Shown in pieces: positions 1 through 14,242 of a DNA stretch of 64,000 nucleotides (its first letter is position 1; each line of letters starts with the position of its first letter). The notes beneath the pieces are model-generated. The model made no database searches. It was given only the letters and a program-made list of their open reading frames with translations, and was not told the DNA's origin. Both the position numbers and the translations under genes were made by a program. This DNA comes from Rhynchobatus australiae (Eukaryota): assembly GCA_034780895.1 (NCBI GenBank), contig JAUZTB010000074.1, positions 26,479,134-26,543,133 of the forward strand. Reading direction: 5' to 3'.

Positions 1-56
1 TCCCTCTCCCTCTCTCTCTCTCCCTGTCTCCCTCCCTCTCTTTCTCTTCTCTGACT
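1..56. repeat. CT-rich simple repeat
   Basis: tccctctccctctctctctc... Confidence 0.8.
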
Positions 57-224
57 GACTGCTCCAAAAACATCATTACGTCCTTATCTCCTGTTGTCAT
101 AATCACGCCACGCACATACATACTCTACTGTACGCACATACGTACTCTACATACACACACTCTACTGTGCCATGTCTTAAAGGGACATTCACCAATAGTA
201 ACCTCATCTGTAACAGCACTCACC

Positions 225-540
225 AGGGGAGTTTTGCTTCTGCGGGAAGTGCAGCCTCTGCACAGTTCTGCTGACCTGGGTTCCACTTTGGTGCTGTCTG
301 CGTGCAGTTTGCCCAATCTCCCTGTGACTGGCTTTCTCCCAGGCGTCCAGTTTCCCAAAGACATGCTGGTTGTTAAGTTATGTGGCCAGTGTAAATTATC
401 CCCATTATGTGTGTCTGCTGGGTGGGAGAATAGATGCCAGGAAAGTGGATAGAGGGATAGGATTGATGGGGTTGCTGTGATAACTGACACAAACTCGATG
501 GGCTGAATAACATCCTATGTTTTAAGGAAATATGAAATAA
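225..540 (+). mobile_element. Degraded V-domain (HE1-like) SINE
   Basis: Resembles the copies at 13290 and 41221 (ctccctgtgactggctttctcc...cccaaagacatg); CR1-like tail gatgggctgaat. Confidence 0.55.
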
Positions 541-2081
541 AAAATGAGCAGGACTCCCTTCCCACCCCAATATCACTGACAGCAATTTCAACTTGTGGGC
601 AGCAAGGACACTTGCATAAGACAACAGATTCCTCTTTGGGAAGGTAGATTGTGCTCTGATATTTCATTCTGGTTTGTCACCAGCAGAAGAGAAGTGATCT
701 GATGAGGATGTGCTCCATGTGCCCACTTAGTACACAAACAGCAAGTGAAATTCTCTTTTGCTGTGTATGTGGTAACTGGGATCAAGCAATCAACCAACCT
801 GCCCTCAAAATAAATTNNNNNNNNNNGGAGATGTGTGTGAGATAAGGTTGCTTTCTGGAAAGGCTTATAAACCTCAGATTCAATTTATAAGTGTTGTTCT
901 AACCATGTACAAGAAAAAGGAGGCAGGCTTGGGTTGCTTTACAGGACAGCACTGAATTATTTCAATCATTGACACTTCCTGGCTTTGCTGTATACAACAC
1001 TGACCTTTGCTGGCATCTGGGGAATGGCCCTATCAATCTTAATGATTCTGCCTTCGCCTGGGTGAAAATCCAGCTTTTGGCACTGGCCTTGCATTGCTTT
1101 TGGAGAATTACTTCCCTTTCAAAAATTGGAAGAGCAGGAACAAACGGAGACACAAACGCTGTAGACAAATTGTTAAAGTCGAGGAGAAGGAAGGAAAATG
1201 AAGCAAAAGTTTATAAAAATTTAAAGTGTCAGAAGATGAATGTGGAAGGGAGTGGAATATCCGGAAAGGGAGTGATGTTTATACTTTTGTCTTCAGAATG
1301 AAACAAGAACTGGTTCGCTTGCATTATTACTTCTTTTGGAGGCTCTTTCATTGCTGTGATGTTAATGTGTCCTTTGCTGCTATGTTACCTAAAAACTTTC
1401 TATTCCAGGAAGAATATTAGTTCTATAGATTTGATAGGAAACTAAAGATTCAAGGGCTGAGGCATGATAAGATGTTCTTGGGAACAGAGTGTACACATGG
1501 GGTATCGCTGGGCCACAAATCCTGAATTTTTTTCCTCTGTTCTTTCTTGAAAAGAATAGANNNNNNNNNNNNNNNNNNNNNNNNNNNNNNNNNNNNNNTG
1601 TTTGTGAACGATTCATTGGGAACAAGCCAATGAATACATTGTATTCCTATGTTCCATTTTTTCTTGAATGATTAAACCATTGTCATGCTGAGAATTTGAT
1701 TACACTGCAAATTATAACAGAAGTTCCAATCTTACTTCAAATTTAAAAGTTAATTCTTTTTAATAGAAGATCGGTTGGGACAGAATCCAGGAAAATTTAC
1801 TGCTGATGGAATTTGAGGATGTGCATTAACCTACCCTGTATTCTGACAATATTATTCTAGAGCCCATAACTAGGGAGTCTCAAGTGAGCTATTTATATTT
1901 AACTTTCTATATTAAGAACTACCAATAAAATGTTCCAAACTTGTGTGGTGATTATTGTTCAAACACAAGTGGTACAATCATATAATAATGAAGCCCTGCA
2001 ATTGCTATTAATTTTTTTGCTGTGTAATCCAGTGCTGTAGATTTGTTTTGTAGCTTTCCATGTTATTAAACGGATGACTGA

Positions 2082-2348
<267 letters not shown>

Positions 2349-3033
2349 TGACATTGTACCCATGTTCTCCTTTCACTACATCGATCTAATAACTCATCGC
2401 TTCTGATGCTTTTGGCAACAAATCCCAGTGCGCCTTAATCCTTCTGTATTTTATTTTCTCTTGGTTACTGGGCACTATTTTAAAACCCTGGAACTAACAG
2501 TCAGGAATTAGAATGCTGGAATGCCGAGGAGGTTCATCTATTAACTGATATTTTTCAATGGGAATTCTTTGCCAAAGAAAGCAGTTGTTTTTTGAGAAGC
2601 CAAGTGGCCCCCAGTGCATTTCCAGCACTATCAATCTTTATATACAATTTCCACCATTTCTTTTTTCTTCTTTCTACCAAACTGCACGTATCACCTTATT
2701 TCACCTTCCCCATCAGGTGTCCCAAGTGATCCCTGGTATGGATGGAGGATGTTACTGAGTTGGGCTATGTTCCATTTTCATGGTATACCTGCTCCTAGGA
2801 GCAGAGATTTAATTATGATTGTATTTTCTACTCAGAAATTGTCTGACTGCATCGTCGGACTCTGGCCTACACTTGTGCTTTCTTGCTACAGTGTGTGACA
2901 CAATGTCTATATTGGCAGTTAGGTTTCTTGCTTGAGAGACTCCAGTGGAGGGCAACAGGTGGGCATAAGGTCCCACGATCTATATGGTTGTTGGAGTTTC
3001 TTCTTCCCTGTCCCAGTGCAAGCATCATTTCCA

Positions 3034-3100
3034 CCCAAGCCCCATGGCCCAAGCCCCATGGCCCAATCCCCATGGCCCAATCCCCATGGCCCAAGCCCCA
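3034..3100. repeat. 14-bp tandem repeat (cccaaKccccatgg), about 4.7 copies
   Basis: Directly visible. Confidence 0.9.
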
Positions 3101-4183
3101 GTACTGTCCCAGTTCCCAGACTGAGTATGAGGGGTTGGAACTGCTAGTTTGGGAATGTGACGGGTTTTGGGAATGGTGGTGTTGGATGGAGGGATAGTTG
3201 ACTTCTATCCCCGACGGGCGGTTAGAGTGGAGGAGGAGGTGGGAGATGGAATTAGGTTCCAGCACTGTTGGGATGGGGAGCGAAGGGCAGGAGATGACAG
3301 GGACCACTGGTGATGTTTGGAGGTGTTGGAGGGGCAGTCTGGGTGAATGTAGGGAGGGGATCAACAGTGGGGCTGGGCCCTCGGGATTGTTGGCAGCAGA
3401 TCAGGAAGTTGGGTCACGGGGCCTCGTGGGTTTGTGAGGGAAACGGGGGCAGAGGTGTGGTTAGTGCAAGGCAGGAGGTGGTGAGTGCCATGGGGATGGC
3501 ACAGGGTGAGTGCAGTGTGGTATTAGTGTGGTGTAGGGTGGGGTAAATGCGGGGTGGGTTGGTGCAGTGTAGGGTGTGGGCAACATTTTGAAGCTAAGTA
3601 TTGGCGCCATGGGCCTGTTGGTCTGGCACTGTGCTGGGAGGTTTGGGTGTCCCAGGAGTATCCAGTGATGGTTCCGCCCAGGGGAACATGGTCCAAGCTC
3701 CCCTACAATGTTCTGGAAAGGACCGACCTCACGTGGAAATTGGGTGTGGCATGAGGATGAGATCATTTACTTGACAGATAAGAGCCTCGCCCTTGCTTAA
3801 GGAGCGCTCTAGTTGAGGGCAGCTGAAGTTGGTCAGATTGGGTTCACTGGGTGAGAAAACCTCATCATTTGTCCCCATTCTTCAACACCCCTCTCTCCCT
3901 GGAGGAATGTGATTGATGGGGTCATTCTGAGAGCCAGCATAGACTCAGTGGGCTGAATGGCCTCCTTCTATGCCATAAGGAAACATGAAACATGAGGAAA
4001 TACCAACTTTATATCATCTGTCTAGTTAAGCGATTGGTTTTGCTCTTCCAAATGTAATTAGTTTTCTGTTGGTATTCAAGCTGCAGCCTAGACATGTAAT
4101 TACATAGCAACAGTTGACTTGTTTAAATACGGCCTCTTCGGTGCGCTTGTTGACCTGCAGCCTGTTGTTCATCTCTCTTCAAG

Positions 4184-4318
4184 CTTATTGAGGGTGCATC
4201 CACAGAGCAAAAGTCCAACTTGGGAATCACTGATCTTGAATACTATTTTTACCTCAACCAATCCGATTCCTACAAAGTGGAAGACATTAACGATCGGAAG
4301 GATTTTCAAGAAACTCTG
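4184..4318 (+). CDS. MYO1E: Myosin IE exon 8
   Basis: tcaag|CTT...CTG|gtgaga, 135 nt; [45 protein letters not shown]. Confidence 0.95.
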
Positions 4319-4654
4319 GTGAGATTTTATTTTTAACTCTGCCATTCACATCGGCAGTCTTTTGTTTTGCATTGACATTGCTGCCCTGATTATTCAACTG
4401 GGCAGTTGCCGATTCTCTTGAGATTTCTTTATAACAAGGCCCCTTTAGTTTGCAAAGCAAGGAGTGCAACATTTTCCAGCTTTACACAGGCAACTAGTGA
4501 AAATATGAGTTCATCTCTGCACCAGGAGCTGTTGCTATTCAACAATCCATTTTTCAAAATGAATGAATTTCATTTCAGGTTGTTTATGTAAATACCGGAA
4601 TTGTAAAAAAATCAATACCTCTGGAGATTGTAAATCAGCATTTGAGCCCAACAT

Positions 4655-4908
4655 TTATAGAGCAGAACAGTACAGCCCAGGAATGGGCCTTTTGGTACAT
4701 GGTGTCTGTGCCAACGATGATGCCAATTTAAGCTGCACATCTTCCTGCACATGGTTTATATCCCTCCATGTTCATGCCTCTGTCTAAATGCCTCTCAAAC
4801 ATTGCTAGCATACCTGCTTCCACCACTTCCCCTGGCAGCGTGTTCCAGGCACTTACCACTCTCTGTGTGAAAAAAACTTGCCACGTAAATCTCCTTTAAA
4901 CTTTCCTC
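4655..4908 (-). mobile_element. CR1-like LINE 3' fragment
   Basis: Reverse complement of the CR1 tail seen at 11472-11915. Confidence 0.7.
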
Positions 4909-5010
4909 GTGAAACAGCCTCGTGAGGTGTTGGTAAACCATATTAGCAAGTTAACAAGTTTTTCTGCGTGAATGCACACCAGTTAATTTGAAACAATTGT
5001 CTGCTTGCAG

Positions 5011-5143
5011 CATGCTATGAATGTGATCGGAATCTTTGCTGAAGAACAAGCCATGGTTCTACAGATAGTGGCTGGCGTGCTTCACATGGGAAATATCACT
5101 TTTAAAGAAGTTGGCAATTACGCGGCTGTGGAAAGCGAAGAAT
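5011..5143 (+). CDS. MYO1E: Myosin IE exon 9
   Basis: tgcag|CAT...GAA T|gtaagt, 133 nt; [44 protein letters not shown]. Confidence 0.97.
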
Positions 5144-5294
5144 GTAAGTGTTTCGTTTTGGAATTATCCTGGAGTCTCCTTTATGTTACAAGTAGGGATG
5201 TGAACCTATACAACAGTGTAGTTGGCAATCATGGGCTCCACTCTCTTGGAAGGATGCAGAAGCAATGGTAATGGTACATTGTGCATTTGGATAC

Positions 5295-6970
5295 TGTCTC
5301 CAGTGAAGCAAGACCTGAAAATTTGGGAATACTTACGAGGACAGGCAGCATCCGTAGAAAGAGAAACAGAGTTAACGTTTCAGTTCGAAGACCCCCTTGT
5401 CAGAACTGGGAACGACAGAAAACAAATTAGTTTTAAGTTGGAGAGAGGGTAGAAGATGGGTGGGTAGATCAAAGGGAATATTTGTAATAGGGTGAGGTCA
5501 GGATTGTGGTCGGGATAAGTTGTAGAGGTCATTTGCTCGGTGGGTTAATGCAGGCAGTTAGAGAGAGAGAGAAAGAGAGAGAGACAGACAGACAATGGAA
5601 CAAAAGCTATGAAGTGAGGGCAGATAGTGGGTGAGAATACAGAAAAGGAAGATCTAAAGAGCAGAGTGTAAGATGTGTGTGGCAGGTCAGACTGTGCTGG
5701 TACAGAGAGAAATCTGAGCCAGTCACAGAGGATGACTGTCAGCTGATATGGCAAGGTTTGATACAGATAGAAAGCAAAAAAGTTTGTAAATTACAACATT
5801 GAGTTGGGGAAGTTGCAATGTGCCCAAACAGGTTTCTGAAGCTTCATTTGGACCCAATTATAACAATGTAGGAGGCCACAGACAGGTCGGAGGGAAGGTT
5901 GGATGGAGAATTAAAGTGGCAGGTAACTTGGAGCTCTGAGTTGCCTCTGCGGACTGAGCGTAGGTGCTTTGCGGTCACCCTCTCTGTGCTTGGTATCTCC
6001 AGCGGAGAGAAGACCAGATTGTGAAGATTGAATGCAGTTCACTAGACTGAAAGAAGTGCAAACGAATCGCTGCTTCACCTGGAAAGACTTTTTGGGTCCC
6101 TGGATGGTGGGAAGGGAAGAGGTAATAGGGGAGTTGTTGCATCTCCTGCAGCTGCACGGGACAGTGCATGGGAAGAAGAGGAGTGGTGGGCCAGACAGAG
6201 GAGCAGACCGGGAGTTGCAGTGGGAAGGTCCCACTGAAACACTGAGAGGGAATTTGTGTTTGGTGGTGGAATCTTGTTGAAGCTGGTGGAAATAGTGGAG
6301 GATGGTTCCATCGAATGTGGAGGCTGATGAGATGGAAGGTGAACTTTTTTCTTGCTCTGTCCAGGAGAAAGGTTGTGAGCAGAGGTGCAGAAAATAAGTG
6401 GGATGCAGTCAAAGGCTCTGTCCACTGTGGGGGAGAGGAAGGCATGGTTCAGGAAGAAGGAAGACATTTCAGAGGCACCTGTGTCAAAGGTCTTGTTGTC
6501 AGAGCAAATATGGTGGAGACAGAGGAACTGGGAGAACGGAATGCAGCCATCAGAGCCGGCGGGGTGGGGACAGCAGGTTTAGTCAAGGTAGCTGTGGGAG
6601 CCTGTAGGCTTGTAATGGATGTTTGTGGCTAACCCATCCCCTGAGGTTGAGCTGAAGCGATCCGGGAAGGGAAGGGAAGAGTAGGAGATGGAGCGTGTTA
6701 AGGTCAGAGCAGGGTACATATTGTAATGAAATGTTTGAGTTCTAATAAATTCGGGGGAAGGTGAATGGAGCAGAAGGAGACATGGGGACGAGTACAGCCG
6801 GCTGAAACAACGGGTTTGCCCAGACAATCCTACTTGTGGATCCTGGGCAGGAGGTGGAAGCGGGTGTGCAGGTCTGGAGCTGTGGAGGGAAGATCTCCCG
6901 AGGGATTGAGGTCCATGACTGACTGGGAGATAATGGCCGGATGATTGATGGTGGGTTCAGAATTCAGAGG
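5295..6970 (-). mobile_element. Degraded Penelope-like retroelement
   Basis: Minus-strand remnants TNIHYKPTGSHSYLD and TIQGPKKSFQVKQRFVCTSFSLVNCIQ (RT C-terminus, GIY-YIG region); similar to 46576-47907. Confidence 0.75.
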
Positions 6971-8082
6971 GAGGTAAACTCCGATAATCTGGCACCCTCG
7001 GGACCGGTGATACCAGACCTGCAGATTTTCTGGACTATTGGATATTATTCCTTTTAACACCCAAATACACTTTGAATTGAGATGTTTTAGATGATACACA
7101 ATAGTATAATAAATTTCCCAATGAATCCACCGAGTTTAAAGGGAGCAAGGGAAAAGGCTCCTGAGTGAGTCTGAAGGAAGTGCAGGAAACAGGGCCCTGT
7201 GAATTTAGAAGGACTTGACCGGTTTTATCTGTTGAAATGTTCTCTTAGCACTGAGCCCATTTCCCCATTTGATACAACTGTATTGTTACAGAGTGAGATA
7301 AACAATCCACTCAGCATCTGAAGGGATGATCCCCTTCATCTGTTCCTTCCCAAGCATTGTGGAGGGACAGTACTCCAACTATGAATTGGATCCTCTCCTG
7401 CAGACGTGGAGAGGCCGGACTTCATTTTACAGCAAACTCTCATTTCTCCATTATTTGTGTATCTGGAATTCTTGTGCAACTGGCTCAAATTTCCAAGAAT
7501 ATTGAGCAATTGCTTAATAAAACAAGCAATTTTGTTTCAAGTATTGTGCAAAAATAAGTGAAAGGACATTTTTAGTTTATTTACACTTGTACATTAGGGC
7601 AGTGCGGTTGTGGACTAATTAGCAACAATGTCCTGTTTGAAGATAAGGCTCTTCATGTGATGGGAAGGACAGTCATTCATTTGATTTACCTTTGCTTATT
7701 TTACATTAATACAGGTTTAGCCTTTAAATAAATTATTGAACTATATGTGATCCTTACCCTCTTAAATAACAATGTTTTATACTGCAATTCTACATTTCAA
7801 GTTTTATGCAAAGAACACTAGTCTGTAATGTGCAGTTATGCCTTTTTGAGCAATTCTCATGCAAACGGAATATTNNNNNNNNNNNNNNNNNNNNNNNNNN
7901 NNNNNNNNNNNNNNNNNNNNNNNNNNNNNNNNNNNNNNNNNNNNNNNNNNNNNNNNNNNNNNNNNNNNNNNNNNTTTTGAGCAATTCTCTTGCAAACGGA
8001 ATATTCATCAACCCCCCCTCCCCCATTCTCCACGGATTCCGATTGACTGAGTGTGTACTGTAATTAAAGTAAAAGCAGACAT

Positions 8083-8234
8083 TGCTGTGGATACTCAGCA
8101 GGTCAGGCAGTATCTGTGGAGAAAACAGAATTTATATTTCAAGTCGATGGCCTTTCAACCGAATGGCCCTTCATGCTGTAATCAGCTGATTCTGTCTCCA
8201 CGGATACTGCTTAACCTGCTGAGTATCCCCAGCA
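8083..8234. repeat. Short palindromic element made of two inverted Penelope-like termini
   Basis: 40-bp arms 8083-8122 and 8195-8234 are reverse complements with about 4 mismatches. Confidence 0.8.
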
Positions 8235-10734
8235 CGTTCTGTTTTAATTTTAGATTTCAAGCACCTGCAGCTTTTTTTTTCTCAGATACTGTTTCATTAA
8301 ATACAGTACCCGCAGCAATAAATGGGATTCTAGGCAGCCACTGTTGAATTCTGTTCTGAATATCCCCCCTTTCCTGCGAAATATTTTGTTTCTTTGTTCT
8401 TTTCTCCCATGTGCCTTTCTTCATGTTTCTGCGCGTGGCCGTGTTCTGTTCCATTTGGACAGTTTACAACTTTCCCTGACTGGAGAGTTTTTCCTGGGAT
8501 TTAACAGCTGCCTGTAGCAGTCTGTGTTGTGCTCTGCAACATCTGTGCCCGCCAGAACTGCCAAAACCCACCAACTCCAGTTTAATTCAAACCAGAGCTG
8601 TTCACTCCAACCATATTGTGACCATCTTTGTCACAAAAATTCAAAACCTGAAAATCTGGAGAATTTNNNNNNNNNNNNNNNNNNNNNNNNNNNNNNNNNN
8701 NNNNNNNNNNNNNNNNNNNNNNNNNNNNNNNNNNNNNNNNNNNNNNNNNNNNNNNNNNNNNNNNNNCTTTGTCACAAAAATTCAAAACCTGAAAAATTTC
8801 CGTTTGAGTTCTGAGAGCTCCTGACTGATTCCCAGAAGCTTCTGTGATTGTAATTCCAGCCACATCTTGAATGGTCACTGAGGATAAGAAGGATTTAAAT
8901 TGGATATAGTAGCATAGTAATTATGTTCGTTGGAATTCAGAGGCCTGGACTGTTCATTCAGAAGCAAGTCTTCATATTCTATTGGTTAACTTAAATTTAA
9001 TTAATTAAATCAAATGGGAAAATAAGCGAAGTAATGGTGACTGTGGAGCTATTCCATTGTTGTACAAACCGATCTGGTTCACTAATGTTCTTCAGCAGTC
9101 CAGCCTTTCAGTGAATCTAAACCCAGAGCAACGTGCTTGAAGTGTAACTGCCCTCTGAAATGGTCGTTGGTTTATTATTGTCGCAAGTACCGAGAGAGAG
9201 TGAAGAGCTTTTGTCTGCATGCCATCCAGACTGATCATTCTGTACATAAGTACATCAAGGTAGTACCAAGAGGATGAAAAAAAAACAGAACGTAGTGTCC
9301 CAGTCACAGGAAGTGCAGTGCAGGCAGACACATGACCAAGTTAGCTATTTAGTTCAGTTCAACAGTATTTAGGGATGGGCAATAACTTGGCCAGCAGTTC
9401 CCACATCTGGTGAAGGAATAAAGGGAAAAGCATACCCAAAGGGTTAACATCCTTTAGTTCACCTTTCCCTCCTACCTGAAGTACAGTAGCCCAAGTGTGA
9501 GTGGGTGTCCAGTGTTGTTTCTTCGAGCCTTCATGGACATCCCACAGTAGGCTGGCATGTTCTCTGCCAATCAGTGCCACTCCTGGGTGACGCTCTGCGA
9601 CTGGAGGGGAGAGGAGCAGCCTTGCATGGTGCCATGGCCAACACTGGGAGAACATCCCCTTCTCTGGTGTGTTTGCTGATTGCCCAGCTGTTGCAGAATC
9701 TGCCTAATTTCCATCCCATTAATTGCAGAGGGATTAAGATCAAGCAGCTCCCGCAATGGGCTGAGGATGCAATCATCCAGATCATTCACCAGGTGGTGAA
9801 AGTACAAGTGACTCCACTGAGTAGGGCATCAACATGTAGCACTGCCAGGTCTATTTGATGCATCCCCTGTGGGAGCTGAGGCAAAGTGGCCCATCACCAT
9901 GTAGAGGCTCGAGCACAGAACGGAGCGTGACACTTTGAGCTCAAAGGGCAGTGTTCTGGACAGTGTTTAACCCTCAGCTCTTATCACTACAGCAGATTAT
10001 CTGTTCGTTATCACGTTTGTGGTTTATGGGAGCTTGTTGTGTGTGAAATGGCTGTTGCGTTTTTTTTGCATTGCAATTGCGACCACACTTACAAGGCTTC
10101 AAAGAACTTTTGAGGTCTCATAAAGTGATACGAAATGTTGTATAAATGAAAATTCTTTCTCTTACTATCCATGAAAATGTTTTAACACAGAACACCAGTA
10201 CGGACCTCTCAACACACCTCTACGTTCAGTTTAATACAACTGTATTTAATTCTTAAGTGGCGACAATCCAAATCAAGCTCCTGTAATCCATTAATGAGCA
10301 TATTGTAAAGTGCTCCTTTTATAATAATGAAGTGGTGTGGTTCAGGGCAGTGGTGTTATGGCAGAAGAAAACCTGATGCTTTCATTAAGTTCCTCCACAT
10401 GTGAAAGTTAGGAATTCTGAAGGAACAGAGTTCCTGCTTTGATTCTGAAGGAATTAGAACAGAATTCCTATTCTAATCCCTCTGGGCAGGAATTGGCAAA
10501 CTCTCACCTTAAATATTGTCTCAAGAGAGCTTGCTAAACAATATCATTGTAAATCAAACCCTTGTATTTCTATATGAAGTTGTCAGTCTTGTAATATTCC
10601 CCATAATTATGGTCAATGAATAAAGCAGCATGAAAGTTCTGCATCAAATTGTAAAATGTACTTTAGCATTTTATCTAACATATGTTGAACTTTGGTGCAT
10701 TAGTCTATTAAAGAGTGAATTGTTCTGAAGCCAA

Positions 10735-10895
10735 GTCTCCCACGTTTAAGAGGCTATTAGATAGACACATGAATATGGAGGGATATGGATCATGTGCAGA
10801 CAGAAGAGGTTTAGTTTAATTTGGCATCATGTTTGATGCAGACATTGTGGGCTGAAGGGCCTCTTCCTGTGTTGTACTGTTCTACACTCTATGTT
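10735..10895 (+). mobile_element. CR1-like LINE 3' tail
   Basis: gtttaagagg...gggctgaagggcct...ctctatgttctat. Confidence 0.7.
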
Positions 10896-10959
10896 CTATC
10901 TACATCAACTGAGCAAAGTTCCCTTGCTGAGAGAATAAATAACTCTTTTCATTTGACAG

Positions 10960-11156
10960 TCCTGGCTTTCCCAGCATTCCTACTTGGTATTAACCAGGAG
11001 CGACTGAAGGAAAAACTGACCAGCAGGAAAATGGACAGCAAGTGGGGAGGAAAGTCCGAAACCATTAATGTGACGTTAAACGTGGAGCAAGCCTGCTATA
11101 CCAGGGACGCACTTTCCAAAGCTCTTCATGCACGTCTCTTTGACTATTTGGTTGAT
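10960..11156 (+). CDS. MYO1E: Myosin IE exon 10
   Basis: gacag|TC CTG...GAT|gtaagt, 197 nt; (F)[65 protein letters not shown]. Confidence 0.97.
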
Positions 11157-11471
11157 GTAAGTACTTCCAGTGGATAGCCATGGGTTGAGGTAATGACTTG
11201 GATGGATCTATGAAATGATTGGAATTGCCTTGCGACATCTGTGTTCCCAGTCAGAGAGGCTGTGGAAGCAACGGGATCATGTGAAGTGACGGTTCCCCGT
11301 TAAGCAGCAAACATTTCTTTTCAAAAGGCTAGTTGAAGTTCAAGTTTATTGATGTCACTGGCATACATAGACAGGGTATCATTACCATGAAAATTAGCTT
11401 TTCACAGCAGCAACACAGTACTATACAAGATGAGGACAAACATAAGTTAACATAAACTTAAATTAACATAA

Positions 11472-11916
11472 ATGAGTTATAGGGAGAGGTTGGCCAGGCC
11501 GGGTCTTTATTCCATGGAACGTAGGAGAATGAGGGGTGACCTTATGAAGGTTTATAAAATCATGAGGGGCATAGATAAGGTGAACGGCAACAGTCTTTTC
11601 CCCAGGGTGGGGGAGTCCAAAACCAGGGGGCATAGGTTTAGGGTGAGAGGGGAAAGATTTAAAAGNNNNNNNNNNNNNNNNNNNNNNNNNNNNNNNNNNN
11701 NNNNNNNNNNNNNNNNNNNNNNNNNNNNNNNNNNNNNNNNNNNNNNNNNNNNNNNNNNNNNNNNNNNNNNNNNNNNNNNNNNNNNNNNNNNNNNNNNNNN
11801 NNNNNNNNNNNNNNNNNNNNNNNNNNNNNNNNNNGAGTAGATGGGTGGCCACTGTGGTGGGGCCGAAGGGCCTGTATCTGTGTTGTATTGCTCTATGACT
11901 GTGACTCTATGACTCT
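11472..11916 (+). mobile_element. CR1-like LINE 3' end (gapped)
   Basis: MSYRERLARPGLYSMERRRMRGDLMKVYKIMRGIDKV, the CR1 ORF2 C-terminus; (ctatgact)n tail. Confidence 0.9.
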
Positions 11917-13289
11917 AAATTATACATAACCTACACATGTGCAAAATAAACAACAAAATAAAGATAACGACACTAGTGCAAGAGTGAAAGAAAAATATAT
12001 AGCAGCAGATCTGAGCTACTAACAGATGTGAGTGTAGTTGGTTAGCAAAGTCCCTGGAGAAGAACTTTAAACAAAGAGCAGTCCCCCACCCTCGACCCCA
12101 CCCCGCTGTTCTTTATAACGATTGCCGTGGACTAATTGTAGAGTTTTATATTTTCGCTTCCACCTGCCACTTCATTGCAGACGTTCATTCGCCACATGTG
12201 GTCCATTGTTGCAGTCACAAAGTGACTTTGTTTGACGGTGGTTTCACACAAACACTTAGTCCTTTCATTAAATGAATCCAAGCACCAAGCTCCCCGTTGA
12301 CACAGAACTTAAAAAAAACATGTTAGAGGCAAAGTTGAGTCTGCTGCACAATAATGGCCCAGCAGAGCACCTGCAACTAAACATCATCGATTTGATTGTG
12401 AATGTGATGTTTTCAGGCTTTTAAGCTGATCAGTGTTCCAGTCCTTTGGGAGCATTACTGCTGGTTGAAACTGATAAATAAGGTAATGCTTAAAAATGCG
12501 CAAAAACTTTCTTGTAAACTCATTTGCTCGAGAACAAACTTCAGTATCTAAATCTTAGTTCTGGTCGATGTGGGAGGTTTTCTACACTTCAAGAATCTCT
12601 TACAAATGGAGGATCTTCAGTGAGCAGAACTCCATTCAACATGGAGTCCCGCTCATTAGTTTGGTTCTGGGATCTGCTCTGATTGCTTCTCTTCTAACTC
12701 ATGGCCGCTGACCCTGACCATTTCCCACCCCACGTTCCTCCTCCCAGCGGTGGCACCAGCTAACTTAGGCCAACCCCTAGGGTGGGCTCTGTAACACCTC
12801 ATGGTGCCTGACCATCAGGGGAGATCCCCTTTCCCTGAAGCTGCTGAATGTGTGTTATTTTGTAGAGTTTCTTTGTATATCTAGTCATTCCTATTTCACT
12901 GTGTGTCTCTCCGGTATTGGGTGTAGCAAACAAAGGTAGAAATCGTGCCTCCTCTACTGAAGGCACTTTGGTCGAATCTGCACAGAAGATGGTAGCATTG
13001 CAGCAAAAAGTGACCACTTGTCGCCCTCTTGAAAAGCCTTCAAAGCTCAGTCAGTAAATGGCCTGTTGGTTCACACAGACTAGAAAGATTTTCAGTTTTG
13101 ATTCCAGGCACCAGCGTTGTGCATTAGCTGATCTCTGCTTGGATGACAGCGGAACACAGTGCTTCTGATCATAAAGGGAGAAGCAGTCAGTCAGGATGCT
13201 GATTCTTCTTGTTGTCCAAATCCCATCCATCCCAGCCCTGTGCCTCTCCCACATTGTCCCTTCTCCCACCTTAGGTAACATGTTGTGAT

Positions 13290-13590
13290 TGGCCTCGCAG
13301 CCCCAGACTCGAGTTTGATCCTGACGCTGCTGTATGTGTGGAGTTTGTTCCTTCTCCCTGTGACTGTGTGGGTGTTCTGGTTTCCTCCCACATCCCAAAT
13401 AGTTGGATCAATTGGTTACTGTGAGTCACCCCCTCGCATAGGTGGGTGGCATAAGAATTAGAAGTTGAAAAGTAAGTGGGAGAGAATATCACAGAGAGAG
13501 AGAAAGCCAATGGGACAAATGAAATTGCTCTTCTAGGAGTTGGCTTAGACCCAGTTAGCTGAATGGGCCCTTTCCATGTCATAATACGTA
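13290..13590 (+). mobile_element. V-domain (HE1-like) SINE
   Basis: gtgtggagtttg...ctccctgtgactgtgtggg...ggtttcctcccacatccca core; CR1-like tail. Confidence 0.7.
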
Positions 13591-14152
13591 AGGAAGTAAT
13601 CAGAGATGTCCTTTAACAGTTCGGTGTGCTGGAACTCCTTGTATGAGCTGCGATGCATGCAGTTATATAAACGGATGGGTTGGGCACTTTACATTTCTGG
13701 TACGTGTAGAATTCAACAGCAGTGGGGAGAGTAAGTGAGTGGGAGACAAGGTACTGATTGCTTCCCCATGTTTTAATCTAACTGCAGTTTGTGTGCATTA
13801 ATTAACATGCTGATATATTCCCATTCCCCATCAGCTTTAATTCACTGAATCCTTGTCAGGTTTCCATTATGTTGACCATTTCAAACAAAAATATTCTCAT
13901 CTTTCAAGAGATTGACTAAAGAATATCACTTACTTATTTACATTTTAATGGCTTCCAGTGACTAGATTCTTTTAAAGCCTTTGTTAAAATCTGTATTTGA
14001 AATCGACACATTTAATATCCTTTTGCCCTATTAATGAAGGTATTTGGTTTTTATCAACATTGGACCGAGGTGTTACACACCAGAGGTGTACCGAGGGCAG
14101 CACAGCTTTCCACAGCTCGTGTACAGACATGTTGTTCCATTCTTCTTTCTAG

Positions 14153-14242
<90 letters not shown>

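Noticed and set aside
7845-8005. Direct repeats flanking 100-N gaps (also 8626-8795 and 59283-59436)
   Set aside because: Near-identical sequence on both sides of fixed-length gaps is typical of unmerged contig overlaps, not biological duplication.
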